Below are positions 25,117 to 37,341 of a stretch of DNA of 64,000 bases, in pieces. Position 1 is the stretch's first letter; every line of letters starts with the position of its first letter. The position numbers and the translations under genes were made by a program. The notes below the pieces were generated by a model. It was given only the letters and a program-made list of their open reading frames with translations, searched no databases and had not been told where the DNA came from. This DNA comes from Callorhinchus milii (Eukaryota): NCBI RefSeq assembly GCF_018977255.1, contig NW_024704742.1, positions 40,240,001-40,304,000 of the forward strand. Direction: 5' to 3'.

Positions 25117-25267
25117 GGTGGCAGATGGCAGGTGGCTGGGGATTGGGGGCTGGTGGCAGGTGGCTGGGGGCAGGTGGCTGGTAGCAGGAGGCAGGTGGCT
25201 GGCGGCTGGTGGCAGGTGGCTGGGGGCAGGTGGCTGGGGGCAGGAGGCTGGGGGCAGGTGGTTGGTG
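25117..25267. repeat. G-rich minisatellite, unit about GGCAGGTGGCTGGG
   Basis: About 10 imperfect 7/14-bp units visible directly. Confidence 0.9.
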
Positions 25268-25269
25268 TA

Positions 25270-25870
25270 CCAAGAGGATTTGAAGAAGTAAGATGTGGTG
25301 GTGATGCAGAAGTGCTGGGGCAAAGATGTCAAGGGCAGCAGAGAGGGAATTGTGGAGGAGAGTGACAGCGGAGGTAAGGTGGTTACGGGAGGAGGGCCAG
25401 AGGGGCAGAGTTCAGGTGACTTTAGTGCGGCGGAGTGGGGGTGATTTGTGATATTTTTCCAGGGACGGTAGGAGATAGAAGTGGGTTGGGTGGCAGGGAA
25501 TGGGATGGAGGAGTTAAGAGAGATAAAGAGATGACTTTATCAGTGATAATGATGTCCGAGATGGTGAAACCCCAGATAATCACCAGGTCAAGTGGGTGAC
25601 CATGGATGTGAGTGTTGGAATTAATGTGGAGGAAGAGGTTGTGAGAGGAGATGAAGGAGAAGTCGAGTAAGAAGGGGTGAAGTGGAGGTTAAAATCTCCC
25701 AAGATGAGGAGGCATTCAGAACAGAGGCAGAGGGAAGATGGGTAGGCGGAGATGTGGAGAGGAAAGTGCAGGGGGAGTCTGGGGGGTACAATAGATGACG
25801 ATAATTTTAAGGGAGAGATTGGAGGGATGGTAAAGTGTAAGGTGCTCAAAGGAAGGGAAGGGTCCATCTT
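25270..25870 (-). mobile_element. L2 ORF2 APE endonuclease-domain fragment
   Basis: LLILGDFNLH (ORF 25580-25867) and, in another frame, THIHGHPLDLVI. Confidence 0.8.
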
Positions 25871-26052
25871 GTCAGAGTTACATTTGTATTTTGCTCTGGG
25901 AGAATCAAACTACATCAAAATATACCAGATGCATTAATTTGCCACAAGGTAATATGACTCATTTCAAAAGGAATAGTGAACAGGTTATAACCTACATGGT
26001 GAGGTTTTGAGTTGTATAAGTCTGGTCAAGTGCTAGATGGTTTGAAATACTA

Positions 26053-26252
26053 CCTAGTCTTAGTCTGTAAAACAATGTTATCTTAATTTCTAATGTTGCA
26101 TGAAACTGAAAACTGCTTAAATTCAGTCATAATTTGGAAACCTGTTTCCTTTTAAGAACTGTGGAAACTCAGCTTCCAAATTAAGACAGCATTGAAAAAT
26201 TCTGTGCAACCTTAATTTTCAAAACAAAATGGTCTAATAGGCTAAGATCAGG
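26053..26252. mobile_element. Fold-back (palindromic) MITE
   Basis: Nested inverted arms CCTAGTCTTAGTCT/AGGCTAAGATCAGG, GTTGCATGAAA/TTCTGTGCAAC and AATTCAGTCATAATTTGGAA/TTCCAAATTAAGACAGCATT; several related copies in the window. Confidence 0.75.
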
Positions 26253-26271
26253 TGAAATTTTGAGTTGAGTC

Positions 26272-26345
26272 TGCTGTTTTATGCTGCTTTTTTATGCTGT
26301 TTTATGCTGTTATATGTTTATAAGCTGTTTTATACTGCTTTTTTT
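26272..26345. repeat. Short tandem repeat (TGCTGTTTTA)n
   Basis: About 6-7 imperfect 10-bp units. Confidence 0.8.
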
Positions 26346-26987
26346 GGCAGCAGTTTGTTATCTGGCAAAGATACAGTATTGGAGGCATTTTAAGCTAATT
26401 GTGTTAGTGCCACAATACTGACGCTGCCTGAAGGAGATGGTTTCAAAGCAGTACAATTCACACCCATGAATCACCCAAGCCATTTCTAAGCACTCTTAGA
26501 TAGCCTGAGAATTTTGAACAAACCATACTTAACCTTCTTAAAGCAATTATAGCACGACTGTCTCTTTACTGATTTTAAAAAACAACCATTTGATTTCAAA
26601 CTTCTATGTATAGTTAAACCACAAATACATACTGCATTTATTTAAGAAACAGCTTGATGCTCTAATAGGAGGGAAGTGAGGTTGATATTTTGAAAAAAAT
26701 GAAATCAAATGGGACTCAGGACCACAAGACCATCTCCATTCAAGCTTCTTTTATAATCGTAATGCTCTCATAGCTCCACAGAACTCCACAGCATTCTAAT
26801 AATAATCCTTGCATTTCATATCACACCTTTCATGTCGGGAAGACATCTCAAAACACTTCCCAGGATTTATTGTTAATGTGTAGTGACTGTATATTTTGGA
26901 GGCCCTCTGCCTTACCCCCTGCCTCCCCTTTGGCCATGTTTTCAGTCATCTTACCATGGAGTAATTGATGGATGAGAGAAGGGATTA

Positions 26988-27304
26988 GGGTCCTGAAATT
27001 TTTCATGGTCCTAGCCTTGAGAGTTTTGTCTTAAAATTCAAGATAATAATAACAAAATAATAATAATACTTGCATTTGATATAGCAATTTTCAAATCTTC
27101 AAGGCATCTCAAAGCTCTTCACAAAATATACTGTAAAGCGAATTGACTATATTTGTGGGCGAAACGCAGCAGCCAAATACATGAATTGGAAAAGCAGTTT
27201 AAAAAAACAATAGAACTGAAGAAAACAGCTTTCTAATTAAGACTGAAATTAAGATCTAAAATTCTGCACAAACTTCAATATTAAGGCTAAGAAATTTCAG
27301 GCCG
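26988..27304. mobile_element. Fold-back MITE copy with nested SINE tail
   Basis: Termini GGTCCTGAAATTT...AAATTTCAGGCC; internal TAATTAAGACTGAAATTAAG; SINE tail at 27045-27176. Confidence 0.65.
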
Positions 27305-28959
27305 TGATTGATGTCTGCAATGACCAATAATGTGTACACAGTACTAATAAGTAGACTAAGGATCAACATTAATGGCATCTGCCAATAGGCCTGAGTTGTG
27401 ATTGAACCACTTACCCAATTGTGATGACTGCACAACTAGGAAGGCATGACATAAAAAAAGGGAAGCTTTAGATTTTATCCACATTTACAGCATTGTGTAG
27501 TGAAAGAAACAACAAAAGCTGCCAAAAATGAATCTAAGATTATATCCTTTTTTGCTGATGTATTTCATTATTTTATAACATAAAAACAGTAGTAGAAAAT
27601 TGCCTGACTTTAACACAAGGTTAATATACTTTCCTATATGTGCAAGGTCGTGGAATTTAAATGGGCTTTTGTGTAATCTTTTGGGAAAAACACAGGTGAA
27701 GCTTAAATGTTGCAGTCACCAATAATTACAGCAAAGACTAAAATCACATTTACAGGATCACTGAATCCAAAGTATTTGTGAGTGTCCCAGTACAGCAATC
27801 AGAACATTTTGTAAATTTAACCTGAAACGTGACTGAAAGGTGCTGGAACATTGCCACTGCACTGTCAGTACCCACTGAGTACTGAGTTCTGCTTTACCAC
27901 AAAAGAGAACTTTAAGCATAATTTATGGCGATTTCTGGAGAATTATAATGTAAATGAATGATTTAGTGAAGAGAATGTGAAACGGATATAAAGGAACACA
28001 TCCAGAATGATGATCTTTTTCGAAGTACAGTGATGCACATCCAACGTTTTTTTTTACATTGTGTGAAATCACCACACAGCCAGGATTTTATGTTTTTCCC
28101 CTTTTTGGGATTAATAGTCTGTGAACATTTCTTAAATAGGAAAGAAGCACCTTCCACTTTAGTAGGTTCATGGCTCATTAATCCATATTCAGCCATACCT
28201 CATTTAAAATACTAAAAACTGATGGGCTGAAAGGTACCCTCAATTGCAATGGCCAACACCTTAAGACACACAGCCCATGATTCTCCAGATTGGTCACTGT
28301 GACCTGCCTTTGTGCTTCCTTTCTGAAACCTCTCTATGAAATTGAATAGAGTTTGTGTGGATCAAGATATAAATACATAAATGACTATAATATCATGAGA
28401 CTCTAGAAATAGAATTATAAAATTCAGCACTGGCACGCACTTCACCTAACAGTGGGTTCTAGTGTACTCTGATTCTCAAAAATAGGCTTAATAATGGGAT
28501 TCTCGGAACATCCCACAAAACCAATAAACGACCAATTTAACTGGAGAATTGTTGGCTAGAAACTCCATTCTCTTTTCAAAAAGTGTCATGGGCCCTTTAG
28601 CATCTATTTGAACCCGTAGATCTTCATTTAACATCCCATCCAAAGGGCAGTACCTCCAACCATGCTCCCCAGCTCAGCACCGGTTATCAGCACAATGTGG
28701 GAACTGAGCCCACAATCTTTTGATCCAGAGGTGAGCTAGGCTAACGCACAACAATAATTAGCAGAAAAGTTTCCTAAATTTAGTGATAAATTCATTAAAT
28801 CCCATTTCAGTAGTTTTCAACATGTTGATCAATATGTTTTCCAAAAAAGCTTCAAAACATAGAATTTAGGCCTTTGGTATAATGTTGAATAACAACAACA
28901 ACAACTTGCATTTATATAGTGCCCTTCAAACAGATAGCATCTCTGAATGGTTAAGTTTC

Positions 28960-29125
28960 CCCAAGTTTGTGGCTGCTCATCTAGCTAGGCCCACCCTAAC
29001 CAAACCTGTTGGGGCTTTGGCTTGCAGAGTTAACTAAAGCTGAGTGGGAAGATCCGCTGTTCCCAGGGAACAGACTGTACCAACAAGTCCTGCTCATAAG
29101 ACAGGCTGTCTGTTTGGTCTGTCTT
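28960..29125 (-). repeat. Family X fragment
   Basis: GGGCTTTGGCTTGCAGAGTTAACTAAAGCTGAGTGGGAAGA is the reverse complement of the 44570-44620 core. Confidence 0.65.
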
Positions 29126-32100
29126 CAGCAGGGGCCTGAACTACTGTGGACCTTGTTATCATTCGATATGTTATCTTATCTTGCTGAAATGTTTCAAAGT
29201 ACTTCACAGAATTTTCTGTAAAGCGTAGTGACTGTGTATTTATAGACAAACTTGCAGGCAATTTACACACATCAATGACAAATTTAACTTGAGATTTGTT
29301 GGCCAGACAAATGAGCTATCGAGACTGCCATAGATGTTCAACTTGATTCTGATTTTCCATTGCCATGTAATTCAGCTTAGCCCCAAGGAGACCCTGCTTA
29401 TCTTTACCCAAGGGAGGATAGCCACTAGATGGATCATGTACTGTGTTCTATGAAATGATCCAGCTTTTAATATTACATTTTTGCCACCATCTCCTTTGTG
29501 CAGTGCAGTTGAAACAAATTGGCAACATGTGATTTGTAATTGTTCCAAAACATATTACAGATATTTGGATCTCAGGTTTGTAACTTGTGAGTCACAATTA
29601 TGGGAGTGTCCCACGGTGTAGGTCAGCCACGGTGACGTTGTTTCTCAGAATGCTTTGGATGCAGGAGGAGCAGTGACACTCTACTGTGGGGAAGGAAGAT
29701 TCAGAAATCCAACCTGGATTTCAGGCAGCACAACAAAAAATTCAGAACGCTCTGCAATTCTGAGAGATGACAATTGTGGGAATAGAACATCGTAACCTAC
29801 GGTTGGACACTGAGCATCGCGTTCCCATTTTAGAAACAAATTCGCAGCCATAAAGAACAATTGGAACCTGAATGAAGCTGCGCATATTTGTGTTCAAATG
29901 GTTTGGCTCGGTGCCATTTTGGATCAGAAACTATATTCCCTTGTGGCTTCTCTTATTGGTTCTGAGATTTTATTGCTTTTCTCCTGGTGGAGAAATGAAA
30001 ACACCTGATGCAGTATTCCCCTTTAGCAACACTTAAACAAGAATGATTTGCTATTCCAAGACCTACTGTGAAAATATTGTATCAAGGCATTGAAGGAACA
30101 TATAGATACTGTACTTTTTTATGTATTCCTTCAACTGAATGCAAAATGAATTGAACTCAGTGGCAAAGAATAGATATATCTTAATTAACTAAAGTTAATT
30201 CAGAGAAACCAAGAAAAGCAAACCAGTTACAGACAGTCTGAGGTCTATGAAAACATAGAGAAAGCCTTCAATTCTATAGTCTTTGACATTACCTACAGCC
30301 TTTTCCTATTTGCATCTCTGTGAAGCTTGTTCTTTTCTGAAATCATATCGCTGAGACCAAAGCTGCTCTGTGCTATTATGGTGTGAAAGAATGGAATTAC
30401 TCATTTTCATATTAATTGCTTCAGTTAACTGAGATAATGCTCACGCTGAAATGAGCAGCAGCATAAATCACTCAAATGCTGCCGTGTTTAGCTAAACAAA
30501 TTTCTCAGGGGCCACACAAAAGGCTGGTTTAATTTGACTTTTTATAATTGCTTATCATTAAGCCCAGCAGCTCTGTGAAGTACCTTTATTTATTGAAGTC
30601 TGCTGCGAACCTTGTCTCCGATTTTGATTGAAAATTAGTGAGCTGCATATCAGAGAAAGCACACTGCTCTGCTACCAGGCAACTGGGTCTGTGGATACTC
30701 AAGAGAAGCCCAGTGCGATCTGCGGTTTGAATATGAAATATGGAAAGTAATTAAAGTTGTTGCCCTGCCCTAAGACTCCCTTGGGTTATTGAACGTGACA
30801 ACGTCTGTCCAGCAAAACAGGGAAAGCATTTATTTGACAGTACCTTGGAGGAAAGGCCTTTGTCTGGATTCTCACTGCAAAGAACTTGCCACTGCTCTTA
30901 GCTTCTATTTCAAAATTATCAGAATCATCCTTCTGCACCTTTTTCACTTCCTTAAATTAATTCAGATTGCTAGATTGAAGCTCCTCACTTTGTCTCTCAG
31001 AGCTCTTAATTAGCCAGACGTTGTGAACTCAGGGATATGAGCTGCCTCTTCTTCACCGAAACTCTTCTCGATAATGCGGATACAGGCACCGCAGTGGCAG
31101 AGTTGAAGAAGAAGGAAAAGTAAATGTGACTGGTGGGACCTAATTTGCTGTATTTCTTAATAAGAAATCCGACTTGTCCAAATGGCCACTCCTTCTGGTA
31201 ACTGGAACATTGTGCTGAATCACCGGAACTCCACTCCAATACAATCTACTTACGGAGTGGAGTTCAGGATGGAGTTTACCGAACAACAGTGCTGCTTTAA
31301 GTTGTCTGAGATTGCTGTCCTTCAGTATTGTAGGACTCCCCACTGTAATATTTTGGACAAGCCACACAAAACAACAGAATTGGCAATGTACACACAAAAG
31401 TTAGCTTGCTCTCAGAACTGGCTGTACAACTGCCAGCATTACAGGAACCCCTTGCAGTAATATCCTGAATGGAGCTGGAACAAAGGTCCTTGCCAGCTAT
31501 CAGCATAACCCCAATTGTACTCAAAGCAGGAACATGGTGTACCACTCGGTTCAGTGTCATTGAGGGTGCAGTGGCTTTCTGAAATGATCTAACCACTGCC
31601 AGCTCCATAACTAGAATTCATTACAGGGAGCCTTGTGGTTATTTGATTAGTGGATTAGTTGAGATAGATTAAGGTGTTTCTGAGACAAGAATCCAAGTGA
31701 TGGATTGCCTGCAGTAACAGGGAATTTCATGCGGGATTTTAATTTATTTAAATTATTTCTTAAATTATTTAGAGAAAAATTATTTCTCTAAACAGCGTTG
31801 TTGTTACGTGTGACAATGCATAATGCTGGCAGCCTGGTCCAGTCATCAGACTGCAGCTAAAAAATTGAAAAGAATGACCTTTGGCCAAATATTTGAGCAA
31901 TTAATGAGAAAAATTGTTAAGCCTTCCCATTTTTAAGATGTGCCATCGTCATGAAAAATGTTCAATGGATATTTTCTCATTTATTTTTAAACACTTGAGG
32001 CAAGGACATGAAGTGAATTTTAACGTCCTATATTTTGAGTTGAGTGACATCACCCACAGCATCTTCTGACTTAAACTGCAATGTGACGTACAGTTCTATG

Positions 32101-32207
32101 TAATTATTTTCAGAAAAACTATGAAGCACTCTGAGAGTTTTTGATATGATAAGGCACTTTGTCAAATGCAAAGATTATTATTATTGATTTTACAGATTAA
32201 AACCATT

Positions 32208-32557
32208 TAATAATAATAATTCTTGCATTAGATATAGCACCTTATCTCATCTTTGGGACGTCTCAAAGCACTTCACAGAGTATGCTGTAAAGTGAATTGA
32301 CTCTATATTTTGTGGACAAAATGCAGCAGCCAACTACGCTCAGCAATGTCCTACAAACAGTCATGAATTGAGTGACCAAATTATAATTTTTTTACCCCTG
32401 GAAAAATATTCTGCCAACCTGGTTCTACTTACTGCTAATTAAACAGAGGCGTGTGGAGTATGAAAACTTGCCTAAGGTTTCACCCTGTCCAGGAATCAAA
32501 CCCCGGTTCTCTCGCTTGTGAGATGAGCGCTCTAATCAATATGCTACAAGACTCCAC
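32208..32557 (-). mobile_element. tRNA-derived SINE, full length, subfamily A
   Basis: Head GTGGAGTCTTGTAGC, central block and (TAA)n tail. Confidence 0.9.
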
Positions 32558-32679
32558 AGGACATACCTTGAACTTGGTGACATTACTAGCATCCCACTGC
32601 TGGTGATTTGCAATGTAAACTTTTTTTTTGCAGTAAACTCATGTATGTCATGTTGACTTTTGAACACCATTCAGATTTC

Positions 32680-33185
32680 AGGTTGGAGAGATTAAATTAA
32701 TACATTAAATAGGGCATCTGAACTGTGAGGAAATTGCAGAATCTGGGAATGTTAAGATTGGAGAAGAGAATCCTGAGGGTTCATCTTAATGAAGTCTTTC
32801 AGATCTTGGAGGGTATAGACAAATTAAACTCTAATACCTTATTCACTGGAGTCTAGTTTGTATTGAGAAATTACCACGTGTAGCTAGCAATGCAAATGTG
32901 GAATTCTGTCTGGTTTGCATACTCTTAAGCCCAATGGTTGTGTCTTTGTTGTGATTTCAACATGATGATTGTAGTTTCTGCATGTGTCAGACACCTGGCT
33001 GAAAGAAAATATTTAATATCGTCAAGAGCTCTGCAATAAGAATTCATGGTCTCAAATACAGAAAAACAGTACAACTGAGATTTAACTATTTCATGTAGGG
33101 TTTAGTTAACATGTGGATGTAGTAGAGGTAGATAATATGGGTAGTTTCAAGAGGAATTGAATTTTTGACCAAAGAGGATTACAAT
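32680..33185 (+). mobile_element. Ancient CR1/L3-like fragment(s)
   Basis: TTGGAGAAGAGAATCCTGAGGGTTCATCTTAATGAAGTCTTTCAGATC (LEKR.LR..L.EVF.I) and TTCAAGAGGAATTGA. Confidence 0.6.
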
Positions 33186-33374
33186 ACAATATATATATTT
33201 AGCACGATAAACAACTTGCATATATATAGCGCTCTGAGACACTACCTCGAGTGATGGGCGCTGAATAAATATAAAGTTTTGCCCACAAAATATACAGTCA
33301 ATTCACGGCTCATAGACGTGATAAGGTACTATATCAAATGCAAGGATTATTATATTATCATTATTATTAGGAGG

Positions 33375-33830
33375 ATGTCTTAAAGCACTTGGCATTGCTT
33401 GCTGGGCATCCAAGCTGTGGGTGGAAACTGAACAGAGAGGGCTTGGGAAAGATGACTGAAAGTGCAGTCAAACAGATACGAGCCTTGAAAGAAGGAAGGT
33501 GGGGAATGAATTAGTTGGACTCCAGGATGGAGTTCTAGAGAGAAGGGCCAGAATGGCTGAAAAACTATCCACCAATGGTGAGTTGGACATGGCAGCAGAC
33601 ATGAAACACGGCAATGTTCGCTGAGCAAAGGAAGCTGCGGGGTCAGCAGGATTGAGGGAGGTCGCAGAAGTAGGGATGGGGCGAGATTATGGAAGGATTT
33701 GAACCCAAATAAAAGGATACTGAATTTGATGCACTGGGGGATTGAGGACGATGTGAGATAGAGAGAGATTTGATACTGCATTGCATCTCCCTTGGGAGCA
33801 CTTAGTGCTGATACTGGATGCAGCATGAAA
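33375..33830 (-). mobile_element. Degenerate L2 3' fragment
   Basis: ORF 33380-33835 contains IPQCIKFSILLFGFKSFHNLAP. Confidence 0.75.
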
Positions 33831-34614
33831 GCCATGAAAAAGCCATAGAAATGTATATTGTTGGACCCCTGATTCTCAGAGTATCAGTGAATAGGGGATA
33901 CTGCAAATGGAAACAACAAGTGAGCAGGTTTGACAGGTGCAGTGACATAGATTGCAACCCATGGCACTGAACAGAGGTTGGATTAATTGCTTTGTACAGC
34001 AAGACGTACATAATTAAGCTACGAAAAACAATGCCTGCCACTGGAAATGTGGTAAACGATGGGCAAAGACTGGCTTCTGTTTAAAACACTCATCGATTTT
34101 TTTTCCCCTCAAGAGTATCGCAAAATTTAAAGAATTTAAAATTTAAAGAAATTGCTGGATTTCTTTAAATGACTGCATTTCCACAGTAAATACTTTTGAT
34201 TTATATGATCTGTTTGAGTCACACCATCAATGCCCTTATTTATTATTCATTTTACCTCAACATATCTATTTTCCCTGTGGTCCCTCTCAATGCTGCAGTT
34301 TTATTTAATATTCATAACAGCAATTCGTTCAACAGATTCATAGGTAAGCTCTGCCATCAGCACAAATTCACAATGATTCTGTCACAAAAAGGCAGGTTAC
34401 AAAGATATATATGCACTCAAACTACTACATTTTGAAAATAAATTGATATTAGTTAGTTAAGGTTTAATATAAAATGTTCTGACGATTGATTGACTGGAAT
34501 ATTTCCATTTGAACATTGATACAGTAACTGCAGGCATGGTGATTTCCCCTCAATATAGCCTTTGTTTACAAAATTATTGACCAGCTTCATGAAAAGAATG
34601 GCTTAAAAAGATCT

Positions 34615-35130
34615 AAAGAACAACACAATAGAAATTTACCTTTACATGGTGCCTTGCAGGTCAGGAGGACGTCCCAAGGCACTTGACAGTTCTGACTTGG
34701 CACCTGAGCTGAGGGTGGGAACCGAGAGAAGTGGGGAGGGGAAAGATGACCGAAGGCACGGTCAAAGAGGAAGGTCTTGAGACACACCTTGAAAGGTGGG
34801 GAGGGAGTAAATCAGTTAACGATGTTAGCTTTATAACAACAACTTACATTTATATAGCGTTCTTCATGTGGGGTAGCGTCTGGGAGTGCTTCACAATGGC
34901 GGAGTCTGACAACGAGCCAGGAGGAGAGGGAGAGGGGAGGTGACCATAAGCTTGGTCAAAAAGGAAGGTCTTTAGGTGGAATTTTAATGTAGGGAGGGAG
35001 GGGTCAATCCGGAGAAATTGAGGGAGAGAGTTCCAGAGTTTCGGGGAGAAGTGGCTGAAGGCACAGCCACTGATGGTGGAACAGAGGGCATGAGGCACAA
35101 GTAGGAGCCCAGAGCCAGCTGAGCGGAGGC
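34615..35130 (-). mobile_element. Two tandem L2 3' ends (34615-34805 and 34836-35130)
   Basis: [13 protein letters not shown] and AFSHFSPKLWNSLP...LKTFLFDQAYGHL, each followed by a 3' UTR and tail. Confidence 0.85.
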
Positions 35131-35132
35131 AA

Positions 35133-35182
35133 TGGGTGGGTGGGTGGGTAGGTAGGTGGATCGGTCGGTCGGTCGGTCGGTC
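35133..35182. repeat. Compound tetranucleotide microsatellite (GGGT)n(AGGT)n(CGGT)n
   Basis: Seen directly. Confidence 0.9.
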
Positions 35183-35307
35183 ACTGAATCCATGATTGTT
35201 TGTGGGAAACTGCTGTGTGCAATTCCAACAACTTCTGTTTTTATTTAAAATAATAATAATCCTTGCATTTTCACTTTACAGTATACTTTATGAAGCGTTT
35301 TGAGACA

Positions 35308-35956
35308 ACAACAACAAAATTACATTACATTTGTATATCACCTTTCACATCGGGAGGACGACCCAAGGCGCTGGACAGACAGAGTTACGAACCCGAGCTG
35401 AGGGGGTGGGCAGGGGGGGAAGCAGGGAGATCGAAAGCATGTTTGAAGAGGAAGGTCTTGAGGTAGGTCTTGAAGGTGGCGAGGGAGGGGGTGAGACGGA
35501 GGGACTGCGGGATGGAGTTCCAGAGGATGGGGGCAGAGTGGTGGAAGGCCCACCTGCCGATAGTGGGGCGAGCAAGGCGGGGGACGTGAAGCAGGACGGA
35601 GCCTGCTGAGCGGAGGGAGCGGACAGGAAGGTAGGTGGTTAGGAGGTCAGAGAGGTAGGGTGGAGCAAGACCATGGAGGGCTTTGAAGGTGAGGACCAGG
35701 ATCTTGAACTGTATCCTCTGTGTGATACCAGTGGAGTTGGGCAAGGATGGGGTGATAGGGCCGCAGAGCCTAATGTGGGAGAGGACACGGGCTGCAGAGT
35801 TCTGGATGATCTGCAGCCTGTGGAGGGAGGAGTTGGGGAGGCCGACAAGCAGGGAGTTTGCATAGTGGAGCTTCGATGTAATGAAGGCATGTATGAGGGT
35901 TTCAGTGGTATGCGGTGTGAGACAGTGTCTGAGGCGGGCGACGTTGCGGAGGTAGG
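35308..35956 (-). mobile_element. L2 LINE, 5'-truncated, nested in a SINE tail
   Basis: ORF 35385-35996 YLRNVARLRHCL...QNSAARVL...LWNSIP...LKTFLF; GACA on both sides; SINE tail resumes at 35961. Confidence 0.93.
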
Positions 35957-36834
35957 GACATCCAAAAAATGTGATGAGGCAGTATATCAAATGCAAGAAT
36001 TATTATTAATATTGTACACCTCTTGCATTATGATTCATTGTGACTGATGTTTATTTGAAAATATGTTCTGTGTTATTGATATAGGCAGCACATTCAATAT
36101 CTCCTGCATCATTTTTTTCTGGTTTGTTCTTTCCTAGTCTTTTGAACTTTATTTTTTATTGTCCTCCTTCTTTAGTTCCACAGTTCCCACTCTGAGAAAG
36201 GGAAGTGGACTGTGTCACTCCTTCCAGACCTTTCTTAATGCTAACCTGGTTGCTGACACAACACATAGGACTTGGATTAGGTTGACTGCCTTCTGAAGTA
36301 CCAGGTGACAACAGAAGCTCTCTGGGGATTGAAGAGTACAAAGCTGGATCCTTGCAGTGCATAGTTAGCATATTAATGCATGCACATCATGTGTCAGTCA
36401 TAGTCTGTCCGACTAAATTTGAATACATTTGACTTGTCAGGCAGTCTTGATCCAAACCTAACATTGAGTCTATAAATTGACCTTGTGTATTGATCAAATT
36501 ATTCCAGTTAGCACATCATAGTGGAAATGATTGGTCAATAAGATGTAAATAAACACGATTTTAATTCCATTTACTTTCTGTTAATTTATCAAATTAATTT
36601 GGGACATCATTGCCCTCAGTCAGACTATGTCACAGATTTACCAATTTTGTTGTACAATTTGAAAATAATCCAGACATTGGGAAGGCCTTCAAAACTAATT
36701 TGCAATTGAGTTGATTTGAATCAATAAATTATATGATAATTAAATGGGTTTAAATATTAATTTTCCACTCGTTCTGATAAAGAACAAATTATATGCAAAA
36801 TAAAACTCTTGCTCTGCCCTGCAATCTCTCTTCA

Positions 36835-37341
36835 TTCAGTCGCTCACCCCATCTTCCTCCACCGCCTCTCCTCCATCCACCTTAATGGGACTGCACTCAC
36901 ATGGTATGAGTCCTAATTAAACCGCCAGCAATGCATCTCGGCAAATGTTTTTGCTTCCCGCATCCACCCGGTCACCTGCAGGGTACCCCAAGGCCCCCTT
37001 CTTTTTCTTATGCTCCCCTTTGAAGATATCATCCACAGACATTGGGTCAACTTCCCCATGTATGCGGATGACACCCAAATCTACTTCTCCTCCTCCAGCT
37101 GCGACTCCCGGTCCACTGGTGACCGTGCCTTCAGCAACTACGCCCCAAAACTCTGGAACTCTCCCCCATCCCTCCCCACTTTCAAATCTTGCCTAAAGAC
37201 CTTCCTTTTTGATGATGCTTATGGTCATCTTTCCTCTCCCTCTTCCCCTAGCTTGGTGTCAGACTCCACCACTGTCAAGCGCTCCAGGCCGCAACTCCTC
37301 TTGAAGGGCGCTGTATAAATGCAAGTTGTTGTTATTGTTGT
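36835..37341 (+). mobile_element. Internally deleted L2
   Basis: MYADDTQIY is joined directly to TGDRAFSNYAPKLWNS (ORF 37010-37318); (TTG)n tail. Confidence 0.85.

Noticed and set aside
25117..26345. CRISPR-like or coding repeat arrays
   Set aside because: These are simple tandem repeats without unique spacers, in a eukaryotic context
29415..29440. CTCF site GCCACTAGATGGATC
   Set aside because: The 3' part of the core departs from consensus, and a single partial match is expected by chance
29580..29960. CpG-retaining stretch as a coding exon
   Set aside because: The plus-strand frames I translated stop within about 50 codons and resemble nothing I know
30844..30950. Minus-strand exon EVKKVQKDDSDNFEIEAKSSGKFFAVRIQTKAFPP
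   Set aside because: Weak acceptor and donor, in-frame stop just upstream, and peptide not recognised
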